Below are positions 13,059-26,449 of a stretch of 64,000 nt of DNA, in pieces. The translations under genes and the position numbers were made by a program. The stretch comes from Lytechinus pictus. Taxonomy: Eukaryota. The DNA is taken from positions 27,034,001-27,098,000 of the forward strand of contig NC_087250.1 in NCBI RefSeq assembly GCF_037042905.1, given 5' to 3'. Every line of letters starts with the position of its first letter. The stretch's first letter is position 1. Below the pieces are notes generated by a model that worked only from the letters and a program-made list of their open reading frames with translations, made no database searches and was not told where the DNA came from.

Positions 13059-14457
13059 GTTACTGCTGCCAAATGTTTCTCTATTTCAATCATTTGTTTT
13101 TCTTGTCAATTTGATGGCAATGGAGTGCTTCCTATGTGAAAGCATACACAACACCCTCTGAAAAATCATGAGGGGTGCTTGTGCATTCACCCCAGTACCC
13201 CCGCTTCATATTTTATTAAGTTATTAGATTAAATCATATTCCTCTACTATCTAAAGACATGTTTGCATGATAAATATATTACACATTTAATCAGTAGTCA
13301 ATTCATGTTTTCCGTTCTTGGTGGACGAAATTTGACTAAATATAATTTTCCATAAAATAAAATAAAAAAAGAATAAGTGCGGATTAGCCTGCAGGCACAG
13401 ACCCAGATTGGAACTTTGATCAACAAGTGTGCCTCCACGCAAAGACCAGCACATACAAAATTTGCTGTTCCAAGAGAGCCTTCAGTACACAAGGCATAAG
13501 TAGGCTGCACATTCAGACCCTTTGCCTAACTCGAGTGAAGGGTTTGCCCAGCAGACTAATTGCGGATAGACATCGTCAACTTGTTCATTGCATATTCATG
13601 AAGACATGCAGAGAACTTTCTCATCAGAATAATGCACGTGCTTAAAATATCACAAGTCTTTCATTCCTTATCCGGTTTTAATGACATTGTCAGTATTTTA
13701 TTTGTCTAATTTTACCTTTTCTGTTCAAATCATATTATATCCAAGCCTGGGGTACCCCTTTAAGCTTCCTTTCTAAATCACGTCAGCCCACATGAAACAA
13801 TAATATTACGTTGTTCATTGAAGCCAATGGATTCCTTTAATTTACACAGATTTTAAAATATGGGGAGTTAATGGACGAAGTCTGATGTTTGATATTTAAA
13901 TCTTAATAAATTAAGCTTGGTTATTAAAAATCATACAGCAGAAATCATATAGTAAACAGTATTGTAAAAAATGGAGCAGCATTTGAACTGAGTGAAATCA
14001 GTTTCATGATTCGACGATTAGTACCACTGACTCTCATTTTTTTACGAGATACCTAATATATGTGATTGGAGAGGAATTTCATTTTGTTTCCCATTGCCCT
14101 TTTTTGAAGGGCAATAGGATATTATACATGTATATCGATTGCATAACAGAGAAATACCAGATACTCTAGTAGAAAATGTAAAAAACAAAAGAAAAAAAGA
14201 AGGAAAACAAAATTGATAATATCAATCGACAATATTGCCCCCTTTTCTGGCCAAACGACCATGTAATATTTTGAACTATCGCCCTAATGAACATTTGATA
14301 TTTGCATACTATACCAACATGATGAGAATCACCATGTAAAAATATACTCATTATAATTCATCGTTAAAAATAATGTTGTTAATCATATTGTGTTATGTTT
14401 TAATGTTTCCTGTTATAACACCTTTGTGTTCCTATATTCAGTATTGTGTATATACAT

Positions 14458-14510
14458 CGGAAGTGATCGACGGAAATATGCAAATAAACGTTCAAGTTGA
14501 AAGTGAAAGT
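14458..14510 (+). promoter_or_regulatory. Putative promoter: ETS + octamer + IRF-E/ISRE motif cluster
   Basis: CGGAAGT 14458, CGGAAAT 14471, ATGCAAAT 14478 and GAAAGTGAAAGT 14499 within 53 bp; all retained at 52272-52324. Confidence 0.55.
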
Positions 14511-14625
14511 TGTTCATTCTAGGGACTGATACGGGATGTAAACCTGCACGTTCAGAACTTGTAGATTTTGTTTGCATTCATCCACACAGTGAACAGAGAT
14601 AGAGGGTGTGAACTTGAAATTATCG
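14511..14625 (+). other. Putative non-coding first exon (start approximate)
   Basis: Ends in consensus donor CG|GTAAGT just downstream of the motif cluster; the downstream coding exon starts at an acceptor, so an upstream exon is required. Confidence 0.5.
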
Positions 14626-16289
14626 GTAAGTTTTGATAATTAGGAATACCCTAATCCGTATTTTGTTTTCATTATTCCGTATTGATAAACTGGGAACATG
14701 TAAGCTAATACTGCATAATCCTAAATCAGTTCATATGAATTTATAGGCCTACTATATTAACACTAAGGATACGAGAAATTTCCTAGTCAATAGAAAATCG
14801 AATCTAAACATAATCTTGTTGTAGGCTACTACATTTACACTAGAAATGCTAGAGGTGAGAAACTTAATAATATAAGTATGATAAGGGGAGAAGGACGATT
14901 TTATTAGGACTCGAACATTTGTCAGTAGAGATAATGAGGGTGACTCTTGCAGGTGGTAAACGAATGAGGTGCAAGACATAATTTTCGTTCTCGCTGATGT
15001 ATGACATTCTATGATAATATAGCACCCCGCACCCGGATTAAAACCTATGGTTATGCACGTGATCAGGAAATTACAAAGAAACATGTTTGGAAGTTTTAGC
15101 TTCTTCAAATTTGTCGTTGTTATTCTTTGGAACCATAGAAGAATAAAGTTCACTATCAATCCGTATTCACTAAAACAAGTAAACGTTGTTTCTGTCTTTT
15201 TAATCTCAGACACTACACTCAAAGCAAAATATACACAATAAGAAGAGATGTATTGTCTACCAACATGTTAATTGTAAAATGATGTTACAAACATATTTTG
15301 CCCATGCAACCATCTAACTGTGACACCTCAGGCTCTTTTTCCTCTCTCTCTCTCTCCCTCCCCCTCTCTCTCTCTTTCTTGTATAACTTTTCAATATCAT
15401 GTAAAAGAGAGAGCTCTGGGGCTAGGCCTACCCCAAAAGTTCAAGCACCAAGATAAAATTTTGAAAAAGTAAGAAAGGAAAAGAAGAGGTGTTAATTATC
15501 ATTATCTATACACATATTTGTCTCAATCTAAACAAAATAAGCTAAACGTGTATTCTTTTTTGTTTGTTTTCTTCACTCCGTTAAATGACCTTTTTATCTT
15601 TTGGAAATTGTATTCAATACACAATGTTTGGCACCCTCATTTTTTTGTTGGTTCATCACGGCATTGACACAAGGCTTTTAAATTTGACAAAAGCTACCGA
15701 AACTGTGATCAAATTTACCATTTTTGTTCTAATATCATTCAGACTAAAAATATTCCTTCTGGATAAAAATGAAGGGAAATTATGAATCTAATCTGCATTT
15801 GTAATAATTCTTTTCTGTATTATCATAATAGTACAAAACAATTGAATTATATTGGATGGCTCAGAACGGAATATCAGAGATATTTCAATAGTTTTGTTTA
15901 GTAGCTTTTATGGTATGCGGAGGATATCAGTCCTTCAATATGCTGTCATATTGAACAGACAACTGATTCAGACAAGAATACGCATTAAAAATGCATCGCT
16001 GAAACCATGGACCGTAGTAGGGTCCATGCTAAAACACTCTGTAGATTACAATCCTTGATATCAGTATTAATAGTATAAAACCATTATTGTCAAAGTCATG
16101 GTCAGTTATTAAATGTTATTATCATGTACAACATTATTATCATTCTTATTATAGTTATGGTGACTTTGATTTTTCGTTATCATAATCAAAATTATTATCA
16201 TAAATGGTGACAATTATAATAATAATAATAAAGTAGGTGGCCCTAATGGTACTATTATTATGGTAATATTCACCATCAACGTTATCTAA

Positions 16290-17475
16290 AGCCCCTTTCA
16301 CAATTGACGTACGACCATTTGCGACCTTTTGGTCGTGCGACAGGCTGCAACAGGCATCAATCGCTAGTCATCTCATAAGATCGCACAGAGGCTTTCACAG
16401 TTGCAACAGCTGTCGTACAACAAAAACAACCAGTAAACCCCATTGCACGAGTAAGTCGCATATGGTCTTATTGTGCTCGTGCGATCACATGCGAGTGTTG
16501 CACGAGGGATTGCGAGTGGAACGGTCGCATACATACGAATGAAATGGTAGTGCAATGTTGTAAGCCGTTGCGATCGGTCTTGCAACAGTCTTATGGCCCA
16601 TATTATTATCGCAACCAGTCGCAAGACAGGTCTCTGTACATGTAGGTCGCTTGCACATGTGCAAGTGTTGCACGACCTCCAGTCAAGTAAATGCGACTAC
16701 TTAGTTGTGCCACCTCTCGCACCAAGTCGTACAACGTTGAACAACACTTGCACGATGATCGCCCGACCGATGGTACGACCCCGGGTACGGCCTGATGCGA
16801 GTGAATCGATCGTATTTGATCGCGTTCGGATTTTGAACATGTTCAAAGTTCAGATGTGACCAGCCACGACCACCTCGAGTTCGTGCGACCGTCTACAACG
16901 ACTGCGAGTGCTCGCAAGACACCAAGAGATCGATCGTGCAACAACAAGAAAAAACTGTTGCAGGCGGTCGTAAACTGGTCGGACGTCAATTGTGAAAGGG
17001 GCTGAACGGTCGCATACATGCGAATGCAACGGTAGTGGAATGTAGTAAGCCGTAATTTCGATCGGTCTTGCAACAGTCTCATATTATCGCACCCAGTCGC
17101 AAGACTGGTCTCTGTAGGTCTCCAGCACATGTGCAAGTGTTGTACGACCTCCAGTCGACTAAATGCGACTATACTTAGTTGTGCCACCTCTCGCACCAAG
17201 TCGTACAACGTTGAACAACACTCACACGATGATCGCCCGACCGATGGTACGACCTGTTGCGAGTGAATCAATCGTATTTGATCGCGTTTGGATTTTGAAC
17301 ATGTTCAAAGTTCAGATGCGACCAGTCACGATCACCTCCGACCACCTCGAGTTTGTGCGATCGTCTACAACGACTGCGAGTGCTCGCAAGACACCAAGGG
17401 ATCGATCGTGCAACAACAAGAAAAAACTGTTGCAGGTGGTCGTAAACAGGTCGTACGTCAATTGTGAAAGGGGCT
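16290..17475 (+). mobile_element. PIF/Harbinger-like non-autonomous element with internal duplication
   Basis: TIR AGCCCCTTTCACAATTGACGTACGACC; flanks TAA/TTA; empty sites TTATCTAACAT at ~39111 and ~54284; internal ~480-bp tandem duplication that includes an extra right end near 17000. Confidence 0.85.
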
Positions 17476-18009
17476 TTACATACACAATAATACAACATTT
17501 AAGTTTCATGCAGAAAAGTCTATAGAAAGTACAAATAAAAAAAAGCTTTGAAAATGCCTTGAAATTTCATGGCTCAAAATCCTCAAGGCCAAGGCTTGAA
17601 AGTCCAATGCCAAGGCATTGAACAAGTTGGCCTTAAGGCGCTTGAAGGCCAAGGTCGAGCATCAAGGCACTACAACAATGGTTCTTGATTACAAAAAATG
17701 CTTCTAAACTTTCCAAATTTTAGGTCAGGATGTCAATTTTCAGCTTCGTTTTTTGCTCGCTTCAATAATGTTTAGATGTCTGTTTACCCATCCCAGTTCA
17801 AAAGTGGAAAAAAAAAAAAGATCACAGCTCTCTTTCTTCTCGCTCGTATGAGAAGGTTAGTAAGAAAGCTATTTTGCTAGTATTTAAACAAAATGCTAAA
17901 AATTCAGAATTTAACAATCGGAAATTTTTTTGATCATCGCGTCACGTAATCAAATGTCCAAGATTTAGTGTCGATCTTTGTATGTTGGTAATTCTCTTAT
18001 ATTATTGAT

Positions 18010-18695
18010 GCAAAGCCCAGTGTACTGAACCTTGGTGTTCAATTTAATTCTGAAATGTCATTGGCTTCCCATGTGAATTTGACATGTAGAAATGTGTATT
18101 TTCAAATTCATAATATTAATAGTATTAGAAAATCCATGTCCACAAATGTAACTTAATCTGTTTTACATTCATACATTATTTATGGTTTAGATTATGGCAA
18201 TGCGCTGCTGTTCAATGCTAACAACGATCAGTTCCGCAAGCTTCAAAGAGTGCAAAATGCCGCTGCCCGATTTCTTAGTAAAACTTCTGAAAGAACTTCA
18301 CTGGTTGCCTGTGGTGGAGAGAATGAAATTCAAGATTTTGTTGCTTACATGGGAAGATTGTTAATGGTTGTACTCCTCATTATCTTAACGATCTTATCTA
18401 GGAATATGTACCCTCTAGAAATCTAATATCTTCAGGAACCGGGTTGTTGACAACTCGTAGAATCAAATGCTCATTTGGTGAAAAAGCTTTTGCTCATTGT
18501 GCTCCAACTTTGTGGAATGCACTCTCATCAACAATATGCGATGCCAAATCTATAGAGTCATTCAAAGCCAACCTTAAAAAACATAGATCTATTCTCATCA
18601 TATTTCAAATAACACCCCCTTCTGTTTAATAATTCCCTCTTCGCCTCTGAATAGGAAACTAGATAGAAGGCGCACTCTAAATGCTATTAAAATAA
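18010..18695 (+). mobile_element. Decayed 3' fragment of an L2/CR1-group LINE
   Basis: Broken translation shows LDYGNALL, KLQRVQNAAAR, LHWLPV, FKILLL, FGEKAFAHCAPTLWNAL and FKANLK, typical of the L2-type ORF2 C-terminus; absent from the paralogous units. Confidence 0.8.
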
Positions 18696-19433
18696 AAATG
18701 TTCAGCTTGCGATTTGCGCTCTTATAGAATGTGTAAATAGATAGCTATCGTCTTAAGGATTACAAAACTTAATTTCAAAATGTTTAGTCTGAAAATTAAA
18801 ATTTCAAGCTTATGCTTCGCGCTTGTATTAATATTGTTTGATTAAATACATATCATGTTTATGTTTACAAAAGTGCTTTATTGCTCACATTGATTGGTAC
18901 ATGTATGATATGTATTCTTCTCATGTGTTACATGGAAACCTTCATTAACAGGTAGCTTTTCAGATCAATATAGTAACATTTTCAACTCCCGCTCGCAATT
19001 TCCTCTACATGTAAATGTAAAATAAATGTAGAATGGCGAGGCTATAACAATAATGTAAACTATATCTTCCTATATTCTGTCGATTGATTTTCTAAAATAA
19101 ATGTAAATAACTTGTTCTGTGTAAACAAAAATTCGATAATGAGCCGCTAGTATACAATGGAAAATGTACAATCCTAGATTCCAGTATTCACAGCATTTTC
19201 TTGGTAATATTTTCTTAGATTTTTGTTTAAAGAGTCAAACTGGCTTATGGACATTTTACGTATAAGGTGTTTATTTGGCAGAAAAGGATATCAGTTTATC
19301 TGGATCAATCAATATATCATATTAAACAGCCCCAAAACATAAACCAGCATAAAAGAAAACAAATTCAACGAAAGTTATAATCAGCATGCAAACTGCGATG
19401 GATGGAGGCTAAGGAAAAAGTGCTAAATTTACT

Positions 19434-19726
19434 GGCCCGTATTTTGATAGCAGGTTTAACTTATACTCAGGTTTAAAGTTGTGGTTTAAGTATGGAAAGC
19501 CAAAGGTATCAAATATTTTATTAAGTTGTATGTTTCTTATGTTTACTGTGCTCTTTCCTGATTTATTGATGGTGAAGACAATCATCTATGTATACTTTCT
19601 AGACAATTATGAATAATTTGAGAGCCAAATTAGCTGAAGTATGATATCTCTACTGTTAGTGATTTTGTAACAATTGGCTTTTCATACTTAAGCCACAACT
19701 TTAAACCTGCTATCGGAATACGGGCC
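19434..19726. mobile_element. Harbinger-like MITE
   Basis: ACT|GGCCCGTATT..GATAGCAGGTTTAA ... TTAAACCTGCTATCGGAATACGGGCC|ACT (3-bp TSD). Confidence 0.8.
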
Positions 19727-20238
19727 ACTGAGTGTTGTGATTCGTTGGATTGCTGTAAAGGGATGCCAAGAAAATAGAAACTTTTCTTTTTAAAACAAAA
19801 CTAACACCATCTTGCTAAGGACTTCTCTTTTCTACTATTCTGCAATTCGACAAATTCATATCAACGAACAATATTATCTTACTTTAAAAAAATTCATTTA
19901 CCCACAAACTTCCAACAGGTTCTTACTTGTTTTGATTGTCTAATTTATCGTGGTAAACATTTAAGTTTATGTTATAAATGTTACGAGACCCCCCCCCCCT
20001 CGTTTGTAACAATATCTCCTCTTATAAAGATACTGAGAAAGTTATTCCAAAGAAAAATAAAGTAAAATGGCAAATCACAAATAAATTGTTTACTTCCAAA
20101 GCATGAATTTATCTACTGTAGCTTTGTGTTCATTATAATTATTTTATTTTCTTCTTTTATTGAAGCAGCTTTGCTGTAAGTTCTTTTAACTTTCGGTTTA
20201 TGTTGTAGTTGTGTGTTTATGTCATATTTCCTGTAAGA

Positions 20239-23200
20239 TTTTTTTTTTAATTATGTTTTTATTGTTTTCATCAATAATCAATTACAGAAAATCACAATAT
20301 TTACATAATTAGACATGATCGTAAACAAACAAACAAAAATAAAACAACAACATTGATAAAGAAAAAAGAAAAAAAGTGACAAGTAACATAATCCAGAACA
20401 AACTAAAACAATTAGAGTTATACATATACGTACAACCATTATATCAGGTAATGAGCCGTGGCAAAATATTAACCTGTACTTGCGGGGTATAAAAAAAAAG
20501 GCAACGTGTTTTACAAGTGAACTTCTTCAAAGCTCAAATCTCCATTTTTTTTAATGTAAAGCAAGCTTGTTTCTTTTTTTGGCCATATAGTATTCAGTTT
20601 CCCTTTGAGATTTGATAAAATTCTTAAAGAATTCAACATTTGGAGTATCACCTCTAAATTTACAAATATATATGTAATATTTCACAATCAATAAAATGTA
20701 AGTTACAAACTTATCAGTTATTATACCAAACAGTTTTTCAAAATTCGTAAGATTAATAACATTGCCTTTACGTTCTAACGAATTTGTAACATATTTCCAA
20801 AGTGGAGTCACTTTTTCACATTCGCAAAATAAGTGTACAATCGTTTCTTCTTCTTTTTCACAAAATACACAGTTGGGAGATTCCTTTCTATTGATTTTGA
20901 ATAAAAAATCATTCAATGCTATACTTTTATGAAATATTTTAAAATAAAAAGAGCGCAATCTAGTGTCAATAGTACAAGTGAAATTGACATTATGAACCTT
21001 CTCCCAAATGGTTTCTTCAGGAACAGTAATTTGCCTTTTCCAATAATCATACCTCTTCTCAGGGATCTGAGGTACATTCATTATCTTATAAGCATACTTC
21101 GGTACTTTTTTAATAGCAAGTAACGAGGAAACTAGGGAATCATGAAGGTTTACACTATATAAAAAAGGAACGTCTAACCAGTCCTCTGGAATGTGTTTGA
21201 TCAAAAAATTATATTTTCTTCGATCTGATCTCGGAATGTCAAAGTCTAAAATCAATTCTTCAAACAATTTATGGTTTGGTAAGGGTGGGTTCAATATATC
21301 TGAAATGCTTGAGATGTTCTTGTTATCCCATGATTCATAATAAAAATACCTTTTGGATTTAGAGCGAATGAGTCTATTAAACCACAAAATCTGACAAGTA
21401 CCAATTTCAGAGAATTTAGCGTGATATGATTCTAGAGTAGCATATTCACTATAGACATACCAAGTTCGCAATGAATCGGCTATTTGAGAGTTTTCCAGAG
21501 ATTTTAAAATTGATTCTGGGGCAAATGCTTTCCATAAAATTTTGTTATCCTTATGAAATTTTTCCAAAGCCAGCACTTCAATGGACTTCCATGCTGAAAC
21601 ATATTTATCATTAAGTAAAAGTTTCACCCAAGACATTTTCTGAGCAAAAGAAAAAAACCCAAGGATCAATCATTTTTAGGCCACATTGAATATAATCACT
21701 ATACATATATTTTCTTTTGACTCTATCTTTTCCACCATTCCAAATAAACTTGAAAAAAAGACTATTTAATTCATTAAAATATTTTTGGGGTGTTTTTATA
21801 CTTAACACAGAGAACAGATACATTAGTTGAAGCAAGACTAAAGACTTGATCACACAAATTTTACCAATAAGAGATAGATTTCTCATCCGCCAACAATTTA
21901 TGGTCTGTGTCATTTGCTTAAGTTTTTCTTTATAATTAAGATCAAATATCAAACTCAAATCCAATGAAAAATTTATCCCTAAAGACTGAAATGTAGAGTT
22001 TCTCCAAGTAATTCCTTGATTACTCATGTGGAAGTCTTGGCACCCTTTCTTTGACCCAATCCAAATTGCTTCAGTCTTAGATAAATTCAACTTGCATCCA
22101 GAATATTTCCAAAATTGGTACAAAACATCAAACAATGAATCAAATGACTTTCTGGACCCATCTATAAAACAAACAGAATCATCTGCAAACAAAGAAATTT
22201 TAACTTCATGATCTTGTATCTTCATCCCATTCAAATTATCGTTTTGTCTTATTGATAATGCCAAAATCTCCATGACAAACAAAAATAAATATGGAGAAAT
22301 AGGGCTGCCTTGAAAAATACCTCGTTGCATAGAAATGCGATTAGTCAAAAAGCCATTATTTAGTACATAAGAAGTACGTTCCTTATAAAGAGTCTTTATC
22401 CAATATAAGAAGTTGTCCCCAAAGTTGAACTGTTTTAAAGTCTGAAAAAGGAAATTATGATTTACACTGTCAAAAGCCTTTTCAATATCAAGTAATAGTA
22501 TAGCTCCTGGTATATTATTTGCTTCAGTGTACTCTATGATATCAAATATTAAACGTACATTATGAATATGTTTCTACCTCTTAAAAAAGCAAATTGATCA
22601 GTATGAATAAGACAATTAATAAAGCGTTTAATACGTTCTGCCAGACATTTTGCCAATATTTTATAATCAACCGTCAGAAGCGTAATAGGCCGGTAGTTTT
22701 TAATCAAAAGGTCATCCCTGTTTTTTTTCGGAAGGAGGGTTATAATACCATTTCTTTGTGATAATGACATCATCCCACTTCGTAGAGAAAAATTAAAAGA
22801 ATCTAATAACATATCACATATATCCGGCCAAAACACTATGTAAAATTCAATAGGAAGACCATCAAAGCCAGGGGCTTTGTTGGTTTTTATAGATTTAATG
22901 ACATCAACTATCTCTTGTTTTGAAAGTGTTTTTTCTAATAATTCTTTTTCACTATCTGTTAATTTAGGAATATTTATCTTATTAAATAGATCTTGGAAAT
23001 TATCATCTGAGCTATTCTGATGTTGGGAATTACTATACAAGTTTTCATAAAAGTCATGAATTTCTTTTAATATCTTATCTGGGTCAGAAGACAACTTTCC
23101 CTCTCCATCCTTGATTGTACTGATATTTTCTTTTTCTGCCAAGATCTATTTTCTAAATTACAAAAATATTTTTAATTCTTTTCTCCTTCTTCTTACCATC

Positions 23201-24123
23201 TGACCCTGGATCTGATTATCAAACCTTTTGTCTCGAAATCATATAATTTATTCAATTTATCTTCCAGATCAGCTATATTTGCTAAAAGTCTATTATTCTT
23301 GGAGACATTTTCACTTAGTTGAGACTTCATTATCTCAATTTCTTTATTGAGATGATCCTTTTCTTTTTTCCTTTTTTTCTTTTTCCTGGCAAAGTATTCC
23401 ATACTGCAACCAGTAATTACACATTTAAGGGCATCCCACTGAGTGTTTGGATTACATTCAGGATCCTTATGTATTTTTTTAAATTCAGAGATCTTCTCCT
23501 TAATTAAATTTATATATTCTGCATCATGATGTAAATAATAACAATTAAGCTTCCAATATCCTTTACCTCTTTTGGGACTATTATCGTTGAAATGTATAGA
23601 TACTATGGAATGGTCAGATTGGATTCCCGGGGATATTTTCGACTTAACGCAGTTACCTATAAAATCACTAGAAACCAAAATGTAATCCAATCTGGAGAGA
23701 ACTTGGGGTGACTTTTGATGTCGTGTATATTGTCGCTGTGTTGGGTGAAAATGTCTCCAAACATCAATTAAGTTGTATTCTTCCATGAGATCTGAAATCA
23801 TATTGCTAGCCCTAACATTAGAGTGATGGTGTCTTGTACCCTGGTAATCTATATCACTAAGGGTGGCATTGAAGTCTCCGCCCAAGATTAAGGAAGAACT
23901 TTCAAACTTGTCCATTTCTGCAAATGTCTCTAGAAAAAAATTAGGGTCATCGTTGTTGGGAGCATAAATGTTAACAATAGTCAAATGTATGTCATTCAAA
24001 AAACAATTCAGAATTAAAAATCTACCTTGAGGGTCATATAAGGATGACTTCATTCTCACTGAGATAGAATTTCGTATTAGTATTGCAACACCCCGACTAT
24101 TGGAAGAGAAGTTAGTAAGTTAG
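20239..24123 (-). mobile_element. 5'-truncated, disrupted L1/Tx1-clade LINE (ORF2: APE endonuclease, RT, C-terminal Cys domain)
   Basis: ORF pieces 23193-24059 (VNIYAPN, GGDFN, SRLDY, SDH), 22549-23142 (KAPGFDG, YRPITLL), 21611-22348 (QGSPISP, FADD) and 20551-21669 (CVFC..ETIVHLFCEC). AATAAA and A-tail near 20239-20264; possible TSD TTC(C/A)TGTAAGAT. Confidence 0.92.
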
Positions 24124-24320
24124 TTCATGTAAGATGTTTAGAAAAAAAATGCAAGCCACTGAGGCTGGATTTGACATGTTTAATTTATTTTTTTATTTTT
24201 ACAATATTGTTTGCTATATGAACTTTAACAGGTTGAGAATAGTTGTTTTACAGTTAAAACAAGTTTTTAAAGTCTTGAATATCAGAGCTTGATATTTAAA
24301 ATAAATCTAATATGCAATAT

Positions 24321-24560
24321 AGGCACATTGTGGTCTAGTGGTTCTGACTCTAGGGGTCGAACCCTAGCCACGGCGTGTTTTTCTTCAACAAGAAATTTAT
24401 CCAGAACTGCACTCGACCCAAGTGAGGTAAATTGGTAACCGGCAGGATTGATTCGTTAAATGCACTGAGCGCTGAAAAGAACCTCGAGCTAAAGCTGGGG
24501 TAACAATGCACCTCAAAATAGATTGTTTCTAGATAGATGGTGCTATATAATTAAATGTCT
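24321..24560 (+). mobile_element. Degenerate tRNA-derived SINE
   Basis: A-box TGGTCTAGTGG, B-box-like GGTCGAACCC; body resembles the SINEs at 33057 and 54453; ATT-rich tail. Confidence 0.7.
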
Positions 24561-25309
24561 ATCTTATTTTTATTATTATCATAATTATTAATTTTATTAT
24601 TATCAGTATTGTTGCTAGTTTAAACATTATTGTTCAATAAATTGAACATGAATGTTTAAACTGTACTGTAAAGAAAAATAGTAAGTAGCGTTGTATAAGA
24701 ACTAAACAGCGCTTTATTATGGTTATAAAATGTTTTCCTTGAATAAGAAATATTAATTAGATGTGGAATATTAATTATGATTTGATTTCGAACCAGAGTT
24801 ACATATAATTATAAATCAAACAGAAATGATTACCGAAAGGGTTCATGATGCACGGTTTATACGCAAATAAATATCCTTAAAAAATATAGAAGTAAGGAGA
24901 GGAGTTGGAGGGAAAAGTTCCATCCCTAAGTTTTCTCAAATTTTGACATGCAAGAATGCTTAACTATATGTTTTGTGCGTTAAACAAAAACATCGGATTA
25001 TTATTAGCGACACTTTGTAAATTATTTTCTTTAGGATTATTTGATAAATTTATTAGGAATTCAACCCGAATGAAAAATAAAATATTAACACAATTCGCCT
25101 GCATATTATGTTAATAATATTCAACTGCTTGTCAAACAACACTGTTCTATTACGTTAATAATATTATACTGCGTGTCAACAGAGACAGTACTATTAATAT
25201 GTCGATAATAATGTACCGGCATCCACTGGAACGGTAACAACACAAAAACGAAACAATAATAAAAGAGGAAAAATTCGATTTGGTGGGTGTTTTATAGAGC
25301 TGTTCGTAA

Positions 25310-26449
25310 AGCCCCTTTCACAATTGACGTACGACCTGTTTACGACCGCCTGCAACAGTTTTTTCTTGTTGTGGCACGATCGATCTCTTGGTGTCTTGCG
25401 AGCACTAGCAGTGGTTGTAGACGAACGCACGAATTTGAGGTGGTCGGAGGTGGTCGTGACTGGTCGCATCTGAATCTGAACATGTTCAAAATCCAAACGC
25501 GATCAAATACGATTGATTTACTCGCATCAGGTCGTACCATCGGTCGGGCGATCATCGTGTGAGTGTTGTTCAACGTTGTACGACTTGGTGCGAGAGGTGA
25601 CACAACTACGTATAGTCGCATTTAGTCGACTGGAGGTCGTACAACACTTGCACATGCGCTAGATACCTACAGAGACCAGTCTTGCGACTGGTTGCGATAA
25701 TATAAGACTGTTGCAAGACCGATCGAAATTACGGCTTACAACATTCCTTTCACAATTGACATCCGACCAGTTTACGACCGCCTGCAACAGTTTTTTTCTG
25801 CTGTTGCACGATCGATCTCTTGGTGACTTGCGAGCACTCGCAGTCGCTGTAGACGGTCGCACGAACTCGAGGTGGTCGTGACTGGTCACATCTGAACTTT
25901 GAACATGTTCAAAATCCGAACGCGATCAAATACGACCGATTCACTCGCATCAGCTCACGAGTATCCGGGGTCGTACCATCGGTCGGGCGATCATCGTGGG
26001 AGTGTTGTTCAACGTTGCACGACTTGGTGCGAGAGGTGGCACAACTAAGTAGTCGCATTTACTCGACTGGAGGTCGTACAACACTTGCACATGTGCTAGC
26101 GACCTACATGTACAGAGACCTGTCTTGCGACTGGGTGCGATAATATGATGTGCCATAAGACTGTTGCAAGACCGATCGCAACGGCTTACAACATTGCACT
26201 ACCGTTGTGTGCGACCGTTCCCCTCGCAATCCCTCGGGCAACACTCGCATGTGATCGCACGAGCACAATAGGATCATAAGCGACTTACTCGTGCAACGGG
26301 TTTTACTGGTTGTTTTTGTTGTACGACAGCTGTTGCAACTGTGAAAGCCTCTGTGCGATATTATGAGATGACTGGCGATTGATGCCTGTTGCAGCCTGTC
26401 GCAAGACCAAAAGGTCGCAAGTGGTCGTACGTCAATTGTGAAAGGGGCT
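25310..26449 (-). mobile_element. Second, inverted copy of the Harbinger-like element at 16290
   Basis: Same TIRs; perfect TAA TSD (25307-25309, 26450-26452); nested in a small MITE of the 38453 family. Confidence 0.88.

Larger units (their letters stand above)
4925..19010 (+). repeat. Segmental duplication unit A (matches ~42510-55345)
   Basis: Near-identical by eye over long stretches (e.g. 7380-8400 vs 44570-45575, 12230-12880 vs 49460-50120), including shared MITE insertions. Confidence 0.9.

Noticed and set aside
10228..13093. Hydrophobic F/L/S/Y-rich ORFs (also 37810-38217, 47453-47936)
   Set aside because: Translations of GA-, AAAT- and TA-repeat tracts.
16373..17525. Clusters of overlapping ORFs (also 25194-26156)
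   Set aside because: They lie inside a GC-richer non-autonomous transposon and show no transposase motifs.
20551..24059. RT next to hypervariable genes as a diversity-generating retroelement
   Set aside because: Both RTs are ordinary disrupted L1/Tx1 LINEs; there is no template repeat, and the variation is not adenine-specific and includes codon indels.
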